DNA of 64,000 nt from Eledone cirrhosa (taxonomy: Eukaryota), in the NCBI GenBank assembly GCA_964016885.1, contig OZ024758.1, forward strand, positions 13,454,001 to 13,518,000. The letters are read 5' to 3'. The notes below the pieces were generated by a model. The model was not told where the DNA came from and made no database searches. It saw only the letters and a program-made list of their open reading frames with translations. The translations under genes were made by a program, and so were the position numbers. This document shows, in pieces, positions 44,035 through 56,504 of the stretch (position 1 is its first letter; every line of letters begins with the position of its first letter).

Positions 44035-45332
44035 CTAAATGCTGCAAACGAAGCAGTACCGGCCCCAACTAATAAGTATGGGACGTGCGCAGGGATCTCT
44101 GGGACTTTAGACCAATCAATTGATGCTGCTTTTGGTGTTGGTGCAACAACTTCGGCTGTTGTTGCGGTTACCTCAGGTTTGGGAGTTTCTGGTTCAGCAG
44201 CTACAGGTGAAGGTGGTGGTGGTGGTGCTGTGTCTTCAGCAGGTGCTGCTGGTGTTTCTTCTGCAGGTGGGGGTGGTGGAGGTGTTGTGTCTTCTGGAGG
44301 TGGTGGAGGTGTTGTGTCTTCTGGAGGTGGTGGAGTCTCTTCTACAGGTGGGGGTGGTGTCTCTTCAACAGGTGGAGGTGCTGGTGTGTCTTCTACAGGT
44401 GGTGCAGCCGGCTCTTCTACAGCGGGTGCAGCCGGTTCTTCGGCAACGGGTGCAGCCGGTTCTTCGGCAACGGGTGCAGCCGGTTCTTCGGCAACGGGTG
44501 CAGCCGGTTCTTCGGCAACGGGTGCAGCCGGTTCTTCGGCAGCGGGTGCAGCCGGTTCCTCTACAGCGGGTGCAGCAGCAGCTGGTTCTTCTGCAACGGG
44601 GGCAGCAGCAGCTGGTTCTTCTGCGGCGGGGGCAGCGGGAGCTGGTTCTTCTGCAGCGGGGGCAGCTGGTTCTTCTGGGGCAGGTGGGGCTGCTTCTTCT
44701 GCAGCGGGTGCAGCTGGTTCTTCTGCAGCGGGGGTAGGTGCAGCCGGCTCTTCAACAGCGGCTGGTTCTTCTACTGGAACGACATCCAAATCAGGACTAA
44801 CGGAACTCTCTTCTTCAACAACAGCTTCAGTAGCGGCGGCGGCACTACGTGTTCCACTTAAACCCACTGCTTCTGGCCGTATTGGGATAGATTTTATGAC
44901 AGGTCCTGTATTCCACGAGAAACAATTCGTTTTATACATTACAAAGACGGTAACTGCCAAAACGGCGGAACTAGTGGCTAAGAGGATATTGTTTTTGTTG
45001 TCAGCAGCTTTGAATGCCTCTTTCCAAGAACCTTGGGGTACGGGTAAATCATCCATCCTACTTTTTTGTTGCAAGTCGATTTCTTTATCAGTTTTGTCTG
45101 ATCCATAACCAGACATATATCGAATAATTGTCATATTGGCGGCAGCAGCAGAAGATGAAGAAGATGAAGCAGTTTCATGTCTAGAAATACCAAGTAGTTC
45201 ATTATTTTTCAAATACGTTGAAAGGGTAGAGGACGGTTGCTTAGATGACGAAGGTCGAAAACGACAACCCGTATTGTAAAACCTCCGTAGCGTATTCCTG
45301 CTTTGACATGGACTGACAGCACAACGATACAT
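44035..45332 (-). CDS. AIFM1: AIFM1 exon 1 (mitochondrial presequence, Deltameth_res-like TM segment, Pro/Ala/Glu spacer, start of FAD fold)
   Basis: Arg/Ser-rich N-terminus. Ends HVPYLLVGAGTASFAAF-AG|GTATGG, in frame with exon 2. Spliced CDS is 2682 nt, 893 aa. Confidence 0.92.
44400..44775 (-). repeat. Coding 24-bp tandem repeat (EEPAAPVA) in AIFM1 exon 1
   Basis: gggtgcagccggttcttcggcaac repeated perfectly about four times, with variants on both sides. Confidence 0.9.
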
Positions 45333-45439
45333 ATTTGTTTCCTTCTTATATCTAATTAATATATATGTGTGTGTATATACAGATGTATATAGATGTATAT
45401 TCTGCGATTATTAATTAGTGGTAATAACCGAGAAGGAGC

Positions 45440-45868
45440 TGTGCCGAGTTATACATGAACTACACGTGTACGAAAGAAAGACATTATTAAACTCCGGCAC
45501 ATCTATGAAGAACAAGCCTCGTTCTGAATGTTATGAAGGTCAGTGCGTGTTTCTGTGTATAGATAGAGATAGATAGAGAGAGAAGGGTGGTAGATAGATA
45601 GACAGAAAGATATGTGTATATAGAACAGTATATAGGTATGTAAATAGTGGAGAGGACGAGAAAGAGAGAGAGGTGAAGCACCGGTAGAGAGAAAGAAAGA
45701 AAGAAAGATAGGGAGAGAAACTATATGAAACAGTATACTGTGTAAATATGTATATGGTGGAGGGGGAGAGAGAGAGTTTGGAACAGTATAAGATATGTAA
45801 GCGATGGCGGGGGCGATAGATAGAGATAGAGAGATTAATATAGGGAACTGTATATAAGCGCTGGCGGA

Positions 45869-45916
<48 letters not shown>

Positions 45917-45975
45917 TATATAAGTATGTAAGCCGATGGCGGAGGAAGAAGATTACGGGCGGCGGGGGAGGGTTA
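45440..45975. promoter_or_regulatory. Putative AIFM1 promoter region
   Basis: Relatively CpG-rich. Contains E-box palindrome tacacgtgta (45461), TGAAGGTCA (45534) and repeated (A/C)TGGCGG YY1-like motifs (45803-45943). Confidence 0.4.
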
Positions 45976-46089
45976 AAGCAACACGTTGAATTCTATGCCA
46001 CTACACTTACAGCTAAATATATTTTTAGGCCTCATTGTTTTTTTTAATATATATATATATACTATATATATTTTGAATAATATACTATA

Positions 46090-46126
<37 letters not shown>

Positions 46127-46309
46127 GAGTCCTAGATTCAATCGGGGGTAACCGAACCACAGTTAGTAAGGTACTCAATACATTAGTAGAGTGTAAACAT
46201 CAACTTTAATATAGAAATGGTTTCTACAAGACTAGAACTGTTTCATTCCAAATAAATAATCAAGTTCTGTAGAAGCCACACACACACATACATACGCAGA
46301 CACACACAC

Positions 46310-46349
<40 letters not shown>

Positions 46350-47099
46350 GGTGTTCCAAAAATATATATGCACACTCTGATTACCTGTACAGGCAATATT
46401 TATTAGAATGCAGGCTTTGTGTATACATTTTTGAGGGACACCCTGTATATATAAATGTGTGTGTGTATCTTTTAATGTCATTATTTTAAATTGCATATAT
46501 ATGTTGTTTTGTTTGTTATGCTCCAATAATTCTTTATTTTTATTTTATTTTTATATTATTTCATATATTGATATTATCAACGAAACGTTCAGTTAATGTG
46601 TACTACGTCATCACTTTTTGTGTTGCTGCATATATTTATCTAGAAGTACACTTGAACTTTTAAGATATTCCACTTGTACTTTTAATGCTGCCATTTCCAT
46701 AGTTATCTCATGCATATATTGTCTGGTGAGTTAAATTCCTGCTGCACACCTATCCCAACATTACATAGAACACTTTTAGAGAAGAGAGAGTGAAAAATAT
46801 GACCCGTTGTCATTAAATTATATATAATTTACTATAATTTGCTAAATATATCAGCTTTTATTCACAGTTGTATAAATAATATTACAAATTGCTTAGAATT
46901 CTTACCGAGTGAAAATACACACACACACATATATATATATAATTAATTATATTAGATAATAATAATTAAATTAGTTAGAATTAGATAAATATACCCGCCT
47001 GTCTTAGCTTAAATTATTCATTGTTAATATATCTAAAGGTATGCAAATTATGTATTAACATGGTAATTTATTTTTCTTCGCTACCATACAATTTTGAAG

Positions 47100-47133
<34 letters not shown>

Positions 47134-47243
47134 TATAGTGTGTGTATTGGTGTGAAACGTTTACTTACTAATAGTTCACCAGTCTGAGCACTCAATGCTT
47201 TATATATATATATATATATATCAAGTTTAATATAGAAATGGCT

Positions 47244-47295
47244 GGCTTCTACAGAACTAAAACTGTTTCATTCAACAGAAATCATCAGGAAAGCC
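47244..47295 (-). ncRNA. Type I hammerhead ribozyme (family B)
   Basis: ggctttc-CTGATGA-tttctgttgaat-GAAA-cag(ttttagtt)ctg-TA-gaagcc. Confidence 0.75.
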
Positions 47296-47332
47296 TTACT
47301 AACTGGTTACCCCCGATTGAACCCAGAACTCT

Positions 47333-47365
<33 letters not shown>

Positions 47366-47458
47366 GCAGAGGTTATTTAATTTGTTGGGGTTCAACAAGC
47401 TTAAAAATGTTATAACTGATTTCCGGGTATGTCAATATTTATTTATAAAACAAATCTG

Positions 47459-47524
47459 TATTTTATCTGATGAAAGCGCACCATAATTTGCCTTGGTTGC
47501 CCTTGAAATATATATAATAAAATA
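47459..47524 (+). ncRNA. Type I hammerhead ribozyme (family C)
   Basis: tattttat-CTGATGA-aagcgcacca..tggttgccctt-GAAA-tatata-TA-ataaaata, with a perfect 8-bp stem I. Confidence 0.8.
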
Positions 47525-48305
47525 ATGATGGTTTTATAAATATAGTTTCCATTTATTAATATATATATATGTATATATATATATTTACATATATAATATT
47601 TCGACTTTTAACACAATTAGGTCTGTGGCGAGATTAAAATTAACTTGATTTCTGCTCATATTTTCATTGTTGGCAGCCTATATATATATAGGGTGTCCCC
47701 AAAAAATGTATACATACTTCAACAGAATTCTAATAAATATTGCCTATACAGGTAACCAGTGTGTATACATATTTTGGGGGACACCCTGTATGTATATACA
47801 TACATATATGTGTGTATGTGTTCGGCATATCATCTTATAAATCCATATTTATCACCCCCACCCTCCTACTTATGTGTTCTATTTCCTTACATGGTAGAAC
47901 AAACGAGATATAGAACAGTTTTTATATTCTCAGAAGTCCATTATTATTATGTTTGGTCAGAATTACTTTGGCGGGAAAATATCTAAACCCGAAAAATAAA
48001 GTTTTCTTTTTAGCCATTTTTTTTCTTTTTCGTTTAAGGGTCTCCATTTCTGTTTTATGGACTTTAAACGTTAATAAATTAAAACAAACACACTCGTGCG
48101 TCAACATAAACTTGTTTAGTAATAAAAATTGGTTTAAAACATCGAGTTTTTCTATAGAATATATTAATTCTACCCCCGAATAACGACCCCAAAGACTTAG
48201 CTTTGAATATATTGGTATGGCATGGCTCCATAACTCTTGAAGGACTGGTAGGGGCTGTTGTATTGACATGTGGTGTTTCAGGGGTATTTTAAAACCTGTC
48301 AGAAC

Positions 48306-48471
48306 CCATTACTCTATATATACTATTGTATTTTTGTGGCAAAAGCTTTATCTCACATAATATTGAATCTACGAGGTTTTGCGAACAATACCTCAACATC
48401 AGTATGAGTGACCAGTTACGGCCGGTTTGAATACAAAGAGGATATGGTTGGTTTAAATACTAAAGGGTTAA
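48306..48471 (+). mobile_element. piggyBac-type MITE, partial
   Basis: Body match and right TIR TAAAGGGTTAA. Confidence 0.75.
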
Positions 48472-48790
48472 GCTGTGATCATTAATCACATAAAGAGACA
48501 TGTTTATTATTCATAAACATATATATATATATATACATATATATATTTATTTATTATAAATCATGTTATGTTAGTGCTACTGCTAATATAGTTCCATATG
48601 TATATTTCAGATATAAAGTACATAGGACCATACATTCCAATGTGTCCTTCCTCATTTAATATTCTAAAGGCAATTTGGCTGCTATTTCTAGCAGGTTGAA
48701 CCACAATGTAGATGCTACATCAACATGGTATTTTAGAAGTCTTTCTTATCTTTCATTACAACTAATTTTTAACAGTGTTTCGTTTAACTT

Positions 48791-49254
48791 TTAACCCTTT
48801 AGCATTTACATTACTCTATATATACTATTGTATTTTCATGGTAAAGGCTTTACCTCACATAGCATTTACATTACTCTATATATACTATTGTATTTTCATG
48901 GTAAAGGCTTTACTTCACATAGCATTTACATTACTCTATATATACTATTGTATTTTCATGGTAAAGGCTTTACCTCACATAATACCTCACATAGCATTTA
49001 CATTACTCTATATATACTATTATATTTTCATGGTAAAGGCTTTACCTCACATAGCATTTTCATTACTCTATATATACTATTATATTTTCATGGTAAAGGC
49101 TTTACCTCACATAATATCGAATCTGAGATTTTGATATCATTTATTTTGAGAACAATACTTTAACATAAGTATAAGCAGCCAGTTATAGCCGGTTTGAAAT
49201 GAAAGGTGAGGGAATTCTGGCTGGATACAGCTGGTTTAAATGCTAAAGGGTTAA
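48791..49254 (+). mobile_element. piggyBac-type MITE with its left 60 bp tandemly amplified five times
   Basis: Both TIRs present; unit tagcatttacattactc..tacctcaca repeated. Confidence 0.9.
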
Positions 49255-49495
49255 GCACTAACCCCTTCTTTATCTGTTACTCTGAAACTCTCTTCTCTTC
49301 TTCAATCTCCCACTAACACCACCTTGGCTGCATTTCCTACTACTTTCATTTATTCAACTCATGCACTATATAATGAGGTGCCGTGTTGTGCAATATCAGA
49401 TCTACACTGAAATTAATGCAGTTAAACTTTCAGGATCCTTAGCCCTGAAGAGGCTCCCTAAAAGCAACTGCTGCCAGTATGCCAGATTTAGGACA

Positions 49496-49671
49496 AATGA
49501 GGCCCTGTACTGGTTAAGTTATGAGGACCTGTGTTAGTTAAGTTATGAGGCCCTGTACTAGTTAAGTTATGAGGCTCTGTACTAGTTAAGTTATGAGGCC
49601 CTGTGTTAGTTAAGTTATGAGGCCCTGTACTAGTTAAGTTATGAGGCCCTGTGTTAGTTAACTTATGAGGC
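49496..49671. repeat. 24-bp minisatellite, about 7 copies
   Basis: Unit tatgaggccctgtactagttaagt. Confidence 0.9.
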
Positions 49672-49881
49672 ATCTTACTTGGGCCCTGAAAGAGATAAAA
49701 ATATTTTTTTGGCAGGAAGATGCCCCCCACCGGCCAACAGCCCTGTACACTAAGGACACTGAAGCACAATGGTAAATCTGGCACTGGCAGTTGCTCTAAT
49801 GTTGTTGATTGTAAAGGGTTCCCTGTAAGTAGTTTCAGCTTCAGAGCCTTAAAAATATAGGTCCACTGCTGATTCTATGTG

Positions 49882-50064
49882 CGAGGGTCAGCTGAAAGGA
49901 TACACTCATGCAATGACCAAATGAGGTTTATTTTTCAACATAGTCCCTAGAAAGAAACAATGCAGTTATTAATAAAAAGAGTTGAAATTAATTCATGGAA
50001 GATTTTACAGCTCTAGCATCACTCCTTCATAGCCAGCCTCTGAACTTTTCAGTCGACCCTTGTA
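49882..50064. mobile_element. mariner-derived MITE
   Basis: cgagggtcagctgaaag / cttttcagtcgaccctt ends; internal tttttcaacatagtccc resembles an antisense mariner 3' end. Confidence 0.55.
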
Positions 50065-50280
50065 GAGATTACAAATATAAAAATTTGAAAAAAGTAAAAA
50101 TATAAAGAGAATTCCAAATGTTTTTTGTGTTTTTTTAATATAAATATTAAATATTGAACATTTGTTTAAAATCAACATAGACATTTTTGTTTTATGGGTT
50201 AATGTTTTTACATAGAAAATGTGTTTTTAATTTTGAAAAAACATTCTGTAATAAATAAATAAAAACACATACATATATGG

Positions 50281-50326
<46 letters not shown>

Positions 50327-50494
50327 TTAGGACCCCGATGGCTGAGCTCTGATCGTTTCAACAGCTAGATCTGAACTGATGCACTGGTATTCATGTGGCA
50401 GGAATCTAGTTGGTCTCCTCATAAGGTATAGTCCACCAAGTATTGAGTACTCTGGTAAGTAATGGTCTAAGTGGTTTTTACCGCCTCCAATCTG

Positions 50495-50542
<48 letters not shown>

Positions 50543-50548
50543 TCGCAT

Positions 50549-50642
50549 AACCAGTCTGAGGAGCAGATCGATACTGGAGTCAGGTCCATAACTCCTATGG
50601 GTCACCTTGAGCCAATCCTCTGTGAAACACGCGTAACAGGTT
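50549..50642 (+). ncRNA. Type I hammerhead ribozyme (family D, long stem II loop)
   Basis: aaccagt-CTGAGGA-gcaga..(~50 nt)..tctgt-GAAA-cacgcg-TA-acaggtt, flanked by (TA)n. Confidence 0.65.
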
Positions 50643-50690
50643 GATATGAAATAAATATTTTTCATATGTAAACGGAACTTCGTTTTTTCC

Positions 50691-50735
<45 letters not shown>

Positions 50736-50851
50736 GTTATTCCGGGTTGAGTTGGAGGTAACCACAGTAAGTAAGGTACTCAATACATTGCAGAGTATAA
50801 AAGTTTTAATATAGATGAGATTCTACAGGACTAGAACTGTTTCATTCTTTC

Positions 50852-50902
50852 AGATTCCTGATGATTTCTAAAGAATGAAACAGTTCTAGTCCTGTAGAAT
50901 CT
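50852..50902 (+). ncRNA. Type I hammerhead ribozyme (family B variant) in fold-back element 50735-50918
   Basis: agattc-CTGATGA-tttctaaagaat-GAAA-cag(ttctagtc)ctg-TA-gaatct. Confidence 0.82.
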
Positions 50903-51869
50903 CATCTATATTAAAACTATATATATAAAATTACAAGAAACGAAGCAGGCTGTGTGGTTACTGTAAACAAAGTTTAAGATGGTAATATGGACAAAACAAG
51001 AGAAGAAACCCTTCATCAGCTGTTAACTGCAGATCATAGATGTTGCGGCACTTAAAACAGGACATCGAAATTGATCAGTAGCACGCCCAAGGCTTTTTAT
51101 CGATCAAAAGGCCCTGAGGGGAAGAAAAGAAAAAATAGTGAAGAGAGGAAAAAATGAAGTAAACAAACCAAATGGAGTGGGGACATAGGACAATGGAACA
51201 TATAAAATATGGATGAGAAGAGGGCTGTGTGGTTACTGATAACAGGTGTTAGAAGGTAAGGGGGACACAAGAGGTTATATATATATATATTTGTGTGTGT
51301 GTGTAACAATATTTGTAGATGTGAAAAGGAAAACTGCTCAATGAGGAAGACAGCAGAAATATTATATTATTTATTTATGTTTATACCCAGAACAAAGGTA
51401 GTACCCAAGGTTCCATGGCCCAATTTTGACCATATCGCTAATGTATGATCATAAATAAAATATATATATATTTATTAAAATAAGAGATTAAAGTTTAAGC
51501 AAAGAATCGCTGCTTTCACCCTTAACGGGATCTTCTGAAACTTTGGATTTTAGTCTTCAAATTTATTATTATTACTATATATATATATATACTTAAATGT
51601 AAGCCAGGGAATATATGTCCAAAAAATCGATGGTAAAATGGAGGGGTTGTCGGCTTATATTTGGAATCAATATTTTAATGATCTTCACCAACTTCAAGAT
51701 CTATGTAAATAGGGTGCTAAAATATCTGGAATGATTATTTCCAATGAACCACTGTTTTTCTACATTTACTATATGGTCATGAGTTTTATTTATGGATTTC
51801 TTTGAGAACATTCCTCACAAAGTTTTATTAGTTGAACTTAATAAAACATAACTAACTGAATTAGTTGGG

Positions 51870-52065
51870 AACTGCGTCCTTTAAAACCTCCATGCTTCCT
51901 GAAATTTGGCAACACAACCTGATATTTCCACTCCATATACACACACACATGTATGACTCAAACACTGTTCACTTTCCTGACATTTGGACATTATTCTATA
52001 TACTATACATGCACCTTTGATGAGTTGTAGTGCACCTGAGTACTGTATACAATAATTTCATTATT
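51870..52065 (+). mobile_element. CR1-like LINE 3' fragment
   Basis: Sense match to 5900-6120. Confidence 0.75.
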
Positions 52066-52425
52066 CTTTATAAATATCCCCTACACATATATGCATATAC
52101 ACACATGCGCCAACTGTTTTTCTCTGTAACTTACATAATTATACTTTTTCTTTCAGTCTTGTTTTGTTTCACTCTCTCCTCTCACTCTTGTCCTCTCTTT
52201 TTTTCACTCTGTTACTCACCCTTCTACAGTGTTCTCTTAGTTAATCTCTTTTAATTTTCCCCTAGTCTTTTTAATGATCGCCATAACAGTTAAAGAAAAT
52301 CTTTTTTTTAAATAATACCTTAAACTAAAATTATATTTTCATTTCTTTATATTATATTAATTTTGAATTTTCTCATGCTTTTTTTTAATTTTCTAATTTT
52401 AGAAATAAAATTTACTAAAAGCATT

Positions 52426-52631
52426 TTAACCCTTTAGCATTTACATTACTCTATATTTGCTATTGTATTTTCACAGTATCTTACATAATTATCTCACATA
52501 ATATCAAATCTATGAGATTTTAATATTTATTTCGAGAACAATACCATATGTCAGTATGAGTGGCCAGTTTGAACAGAAAGAGATAAGCGAATTCTGGCCG
52601 GACACGGCCAGTTCAAATGCTAAAGGGTTAA
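52426..52631 (+). mobile_element. piggyBac-type MITE
   Basis: TTAACCCTTTAGCATT..TGCTAAAGGGTTAA. Confidence 0.85.
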
Positions 52632-52974
52632 ATATCAAAATATTAAAACTTCGTAAATATTTTCTCCACTGACGAGAATTTCAAGACTTGCCATAATGTC
52701 TTGATTAGCTGCCTCGACTAATAAATAGGGTTTGGAGTTTTGCCCATTTCTCAGACATAAAACAGGGCAGGGGTCGGCTTATATTCGGATCAGCTTACAT
52801 TTGAGTATATATGGTGTGTGTGTGTATATATATATATCAAAGGGGGGACATTATTATCAATTCTCAAAAACAAGTCGAGAGAAATAGACTTATAATGTGT
52901 AATAGTCAGCTTCACAGAGAAAGGATAAAAAATAATTATTTGATGAAAGAAAATTGAGTTTCCTTTGATACTTT

Positions 52975-53051
<77 letters not shown>

Positions 53052-53389
53052 ATATATATATATATAATCCATTATAAATTTGAATGTCTGAGAAATAGAG
53101 ATTTCAAAAGAAGTTATTCGTAACATGAAAACAACAAAATATGTTTCAGATCATTGAATTCTCCAGCAATGATAAACTTTGGTTATACTCTAGAGTTTCA
53201 TTAAACTTTACACCACAGCTTACGATGGAATCCATTATGGTATGGTATGTTCTGGTCCCCCATAACTCCTGAGGGAGCGCTAGGGATGCTGTAGTAGCAT
53301 ACAGCGTTTCTTGAAAATTTTAAGTTTTGCTGAACCCATCTCTCCAGGTCTGAACACAGATTTCTTCAAAGAAAGTGATACAGAGGAAG

Positions 53390-55770
53390 AATCGACCCCA
53401 GTATTAAGCTGGTATGTTTTTATCGACCTCGAATGGATGAAAGGCAAAGTTGACCTCGGTGGGATTTGAACTCAGAGAACAGAGAGTCAAATCCGCTGTT
53501 CTAACGATTCTGCCAATTTGCTGCCTTGATCCATTATGTGTATATACATATAATTAAGTCTCGTTATGAACAGAAAAGTGTGTTTTGTTATAAATCAAGC
53601 TAATGGGAGCATGGTAAGTGTGGTCAGTCAAAAACTGGATTACTGTGGGACCAAATTAATCTTTAGGAGGCTGAAATATTTTTATGAATTATTTCCCTTG
53701 ACACTGTTTTAAGGGGAGATTACTCTTTCCTAGTTGTGTGGAAAGTAATAAAATTTCTACTTTTGGCACAAGGCCAGCAAATTCACCCTCAGTGCATCAC
53801 TGGTACTTTATTTTATCAACCTCGTAAGGATGAAAGGTTACTTAACCTCAGCGAATTTGAACTCAGAATGCAGAAGACCATAAGTATGTTGCAAAGCATG
53901 GTGTCTTGACGCTCTACCGATTCTGCCAAACCACCAAAGTAATAGAGAAGCCATTCAGTGATTCAAGGAAATGTATAATGTTGATTGGAAAACTATTGAA
54001 ATGATGCTGGTGTGGACAAATTTAGATACAAATATTTTTTAATAATACAAGCTGCCAAAATGGGGTTTCTCTGAATTGTCTTTAGAATAATTGTTTCTAT
54101 TTTTGGCACAAGGCCAGCAATTACCCCAGTGCATTACTGGTACTTTATTTTATCGACCCCGGTAAGGATGAAAGGCAAAGTTAACCTTGGCGAGATTTAA
54201 ACTCAGTCTGTAAAGGGGAGAGGGGGTAAACTATGCTGCAAAGTATGGCGTCTGACTCTCTTCCGATACTGCCAATCCACCGCTCTAATAGAATGATGTT
54301 ACTCAATAAGGTGCGTAGCTCAGAGATCAAGTGTGTGTGTGGGGGGGGGGGGGGGGCAGTGCTCCAGAGAAGAGAGAGCTGCTACTTCTCTGTATCGAGA
54401 GATCACAGCTCTGATATTATGGATATGTGGTTAGAAGGTTAGAATGTTTAAGGAAAGAATTACCGGGCAGATTTTACAGGCAAATTGAACCAGAGAGACT
54501 CAGAGGTAGACCATGAGTAAGATGGTTGGATAACAACTATGAGCTCCGCTGGTATCGCTTGGGGTTGCATCTGGAAGGCATGTGTGAGAACTCTGCCCCC
54601 ACAACCCTCTCAGAAATAAGTGTTGGAAGAAGATTTAATCTTTTAGCATTTATATTTTACTATTGTATTTTTGAGATAAAGGTCTTACCTCACATAATAT
54701 CGAATCTACGAGATTTTGATATTATTTATTTTGGGAACAAAACCTTAATGATGGTATGAGCGGTTGGTTACAGCTGGTTTGAGCAGAAAGAAGTGAAAAA
54801 ATTCTGGCCGGATATGGCCAGTTTAAATGCTAAAGGGTTAAAAATAGAAATATATGGATATTTCAAATTCCAAAACATAATAGACACACTATCTGTGAGA
54901 TTAAGCTGCTGATCTACAAACTATATGGTCTTCAATCTAGACATTACTAAGGCACATTAAGCATTACACCAAACAGCACATATATATATATATATTTAAG
55001 ATGAAATGTGTATATGCACTCATTAATTAGGTCTTTATATATAACAATAATTGTTTCTACTTTTTGGCACAAGGCCAGCAATTAACCAGTACATTACTGG
55101 TACTTTATTTTATCGACCTCGTAAGGATGAAAGGCAAAGTTAACCTCGGCGGGATTTGAACTCAGAATAGCAAGGGCCGTAACTCTATGCGTCAAAGCAT
55201 GGTGTCCGACCCTCTACCGATACTGCCAATCCACCGCCTTTATATATAATAATTATAATAATTGTTTCTACTTTTTGGCACAAGGCCAGCAATTATCCCA
55301 GTGTATTACTGGTACTTTATTTTATCGGCAGGATTTAAAGCCAGAACGCAAAGGGCCATAACTCTATGCTGCAAAGCATGGTGCCTGACGTTCTACCGAT
55401 ACTGCCAATCCACTGCCCTGTATATAATAATAATGATGATTTCTAATTTAGGCATGAGGCTAACAATTTTGGGGGAAGGGGAAAATCAATTAAATCGACC
55501 CCAGTGTATTACTGGTACTTTATTTTATCGACCCCTGGGAGATGGTCATAATTGGACCTTGAAACCTTAGGAAGTGCTTTTATTCCGTGTACGAACATAA
55601 ATAATATATATAATTGAAATAGAAGCTTCGGCAGCACAAGGTCAGCAATTACCCAGTGCATTACTGGTACTTTATTTTATCGACCCCGTAAGGATGAAAG
55701 GCAAAGTTAACCTCAACGGGATTTGAACTCAGACCGTAAAGGGACGTAACTATGCTGAAAAGCATAATAT
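53390..55770 (-). mobile_element. Cluster of about 7 antisense SINE family 2 copies, with a piggyBac-type MITE at 54635-54841
   Basis: Repeated ttggcacaaggccagcaatt..ggtactttattttatcgacc..ctctaccgatactgccaatcc. Confidence 0.8.
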
Positions 55771-56504
55771 AATCTAATAATGGGGCATTTAAACCCACTG
55801 AACAAAGAAAGATGGGTATCAGTATACTGTTAGTAAACTGTATTATTTAGTCAATATTACAGTGGAGCTCAGCGTCGGGGTCCTGACTCTTTTCATATTA
55901 CCCACTCTACTACCCTAAGTATCGAGTACTCTGGTGCATTATGGTCCACCTGGTATTTTATCACACCTTCTTTGTTGTATATATATATATATATATATCA
56001 GTGAACATAGGAAAATGAAGGAATACAGACAGTAGTCCCGTCTCATCAGTTGTCCGCAAGAGATATATTGTTTTGGTATTCTTAAAGCATTTTGTATTTG
56101 TACATTTTCCAGTCATTGCCCATATTTTTTATTCATTTGTATGTTTTTAGCCTCTCAGGATTCTCTTTTTTCAAATATTTATATATATAATAATGATAGT
56201 GAGTAAAATCGAAGTTGCAGCATCTCTCCAAAGAACAATCTTCAGAAGCTTGCACAGGCACTCGATAAGTGGATATCGATAAATCGATAAATTAAATCTT
56301 AGAGTAATAAACATACGTTAAAGGTGTGACAAATTGAAAACTGTGGTTATGTAAAGAATGCCACAACAGCCACTACAACCACGAAAATATAAACCTGGAC
56401 CTAGTCAATAGATATTATAAAAGTGTTCTTCACTGATGTCCGTAATAGATTAACGTCTATTCCAGTTATTGTAAGTGTTGCATTTCATTATTTTATCTTC
56501 ATAA

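Noticed and set aside
44120-45108. Plus-strand Gly/Ala/Ser silk-like ORF (309 aa)
   Set aside because: Antisense shadow of the AIFM1 Pro/Ala/Glu repeat.
46128-46280. Additional family B hammerheads (also at about 9963-10010)
   Set aside because: Family B sequence is present, but the CTGATGA core is lost or decayed.
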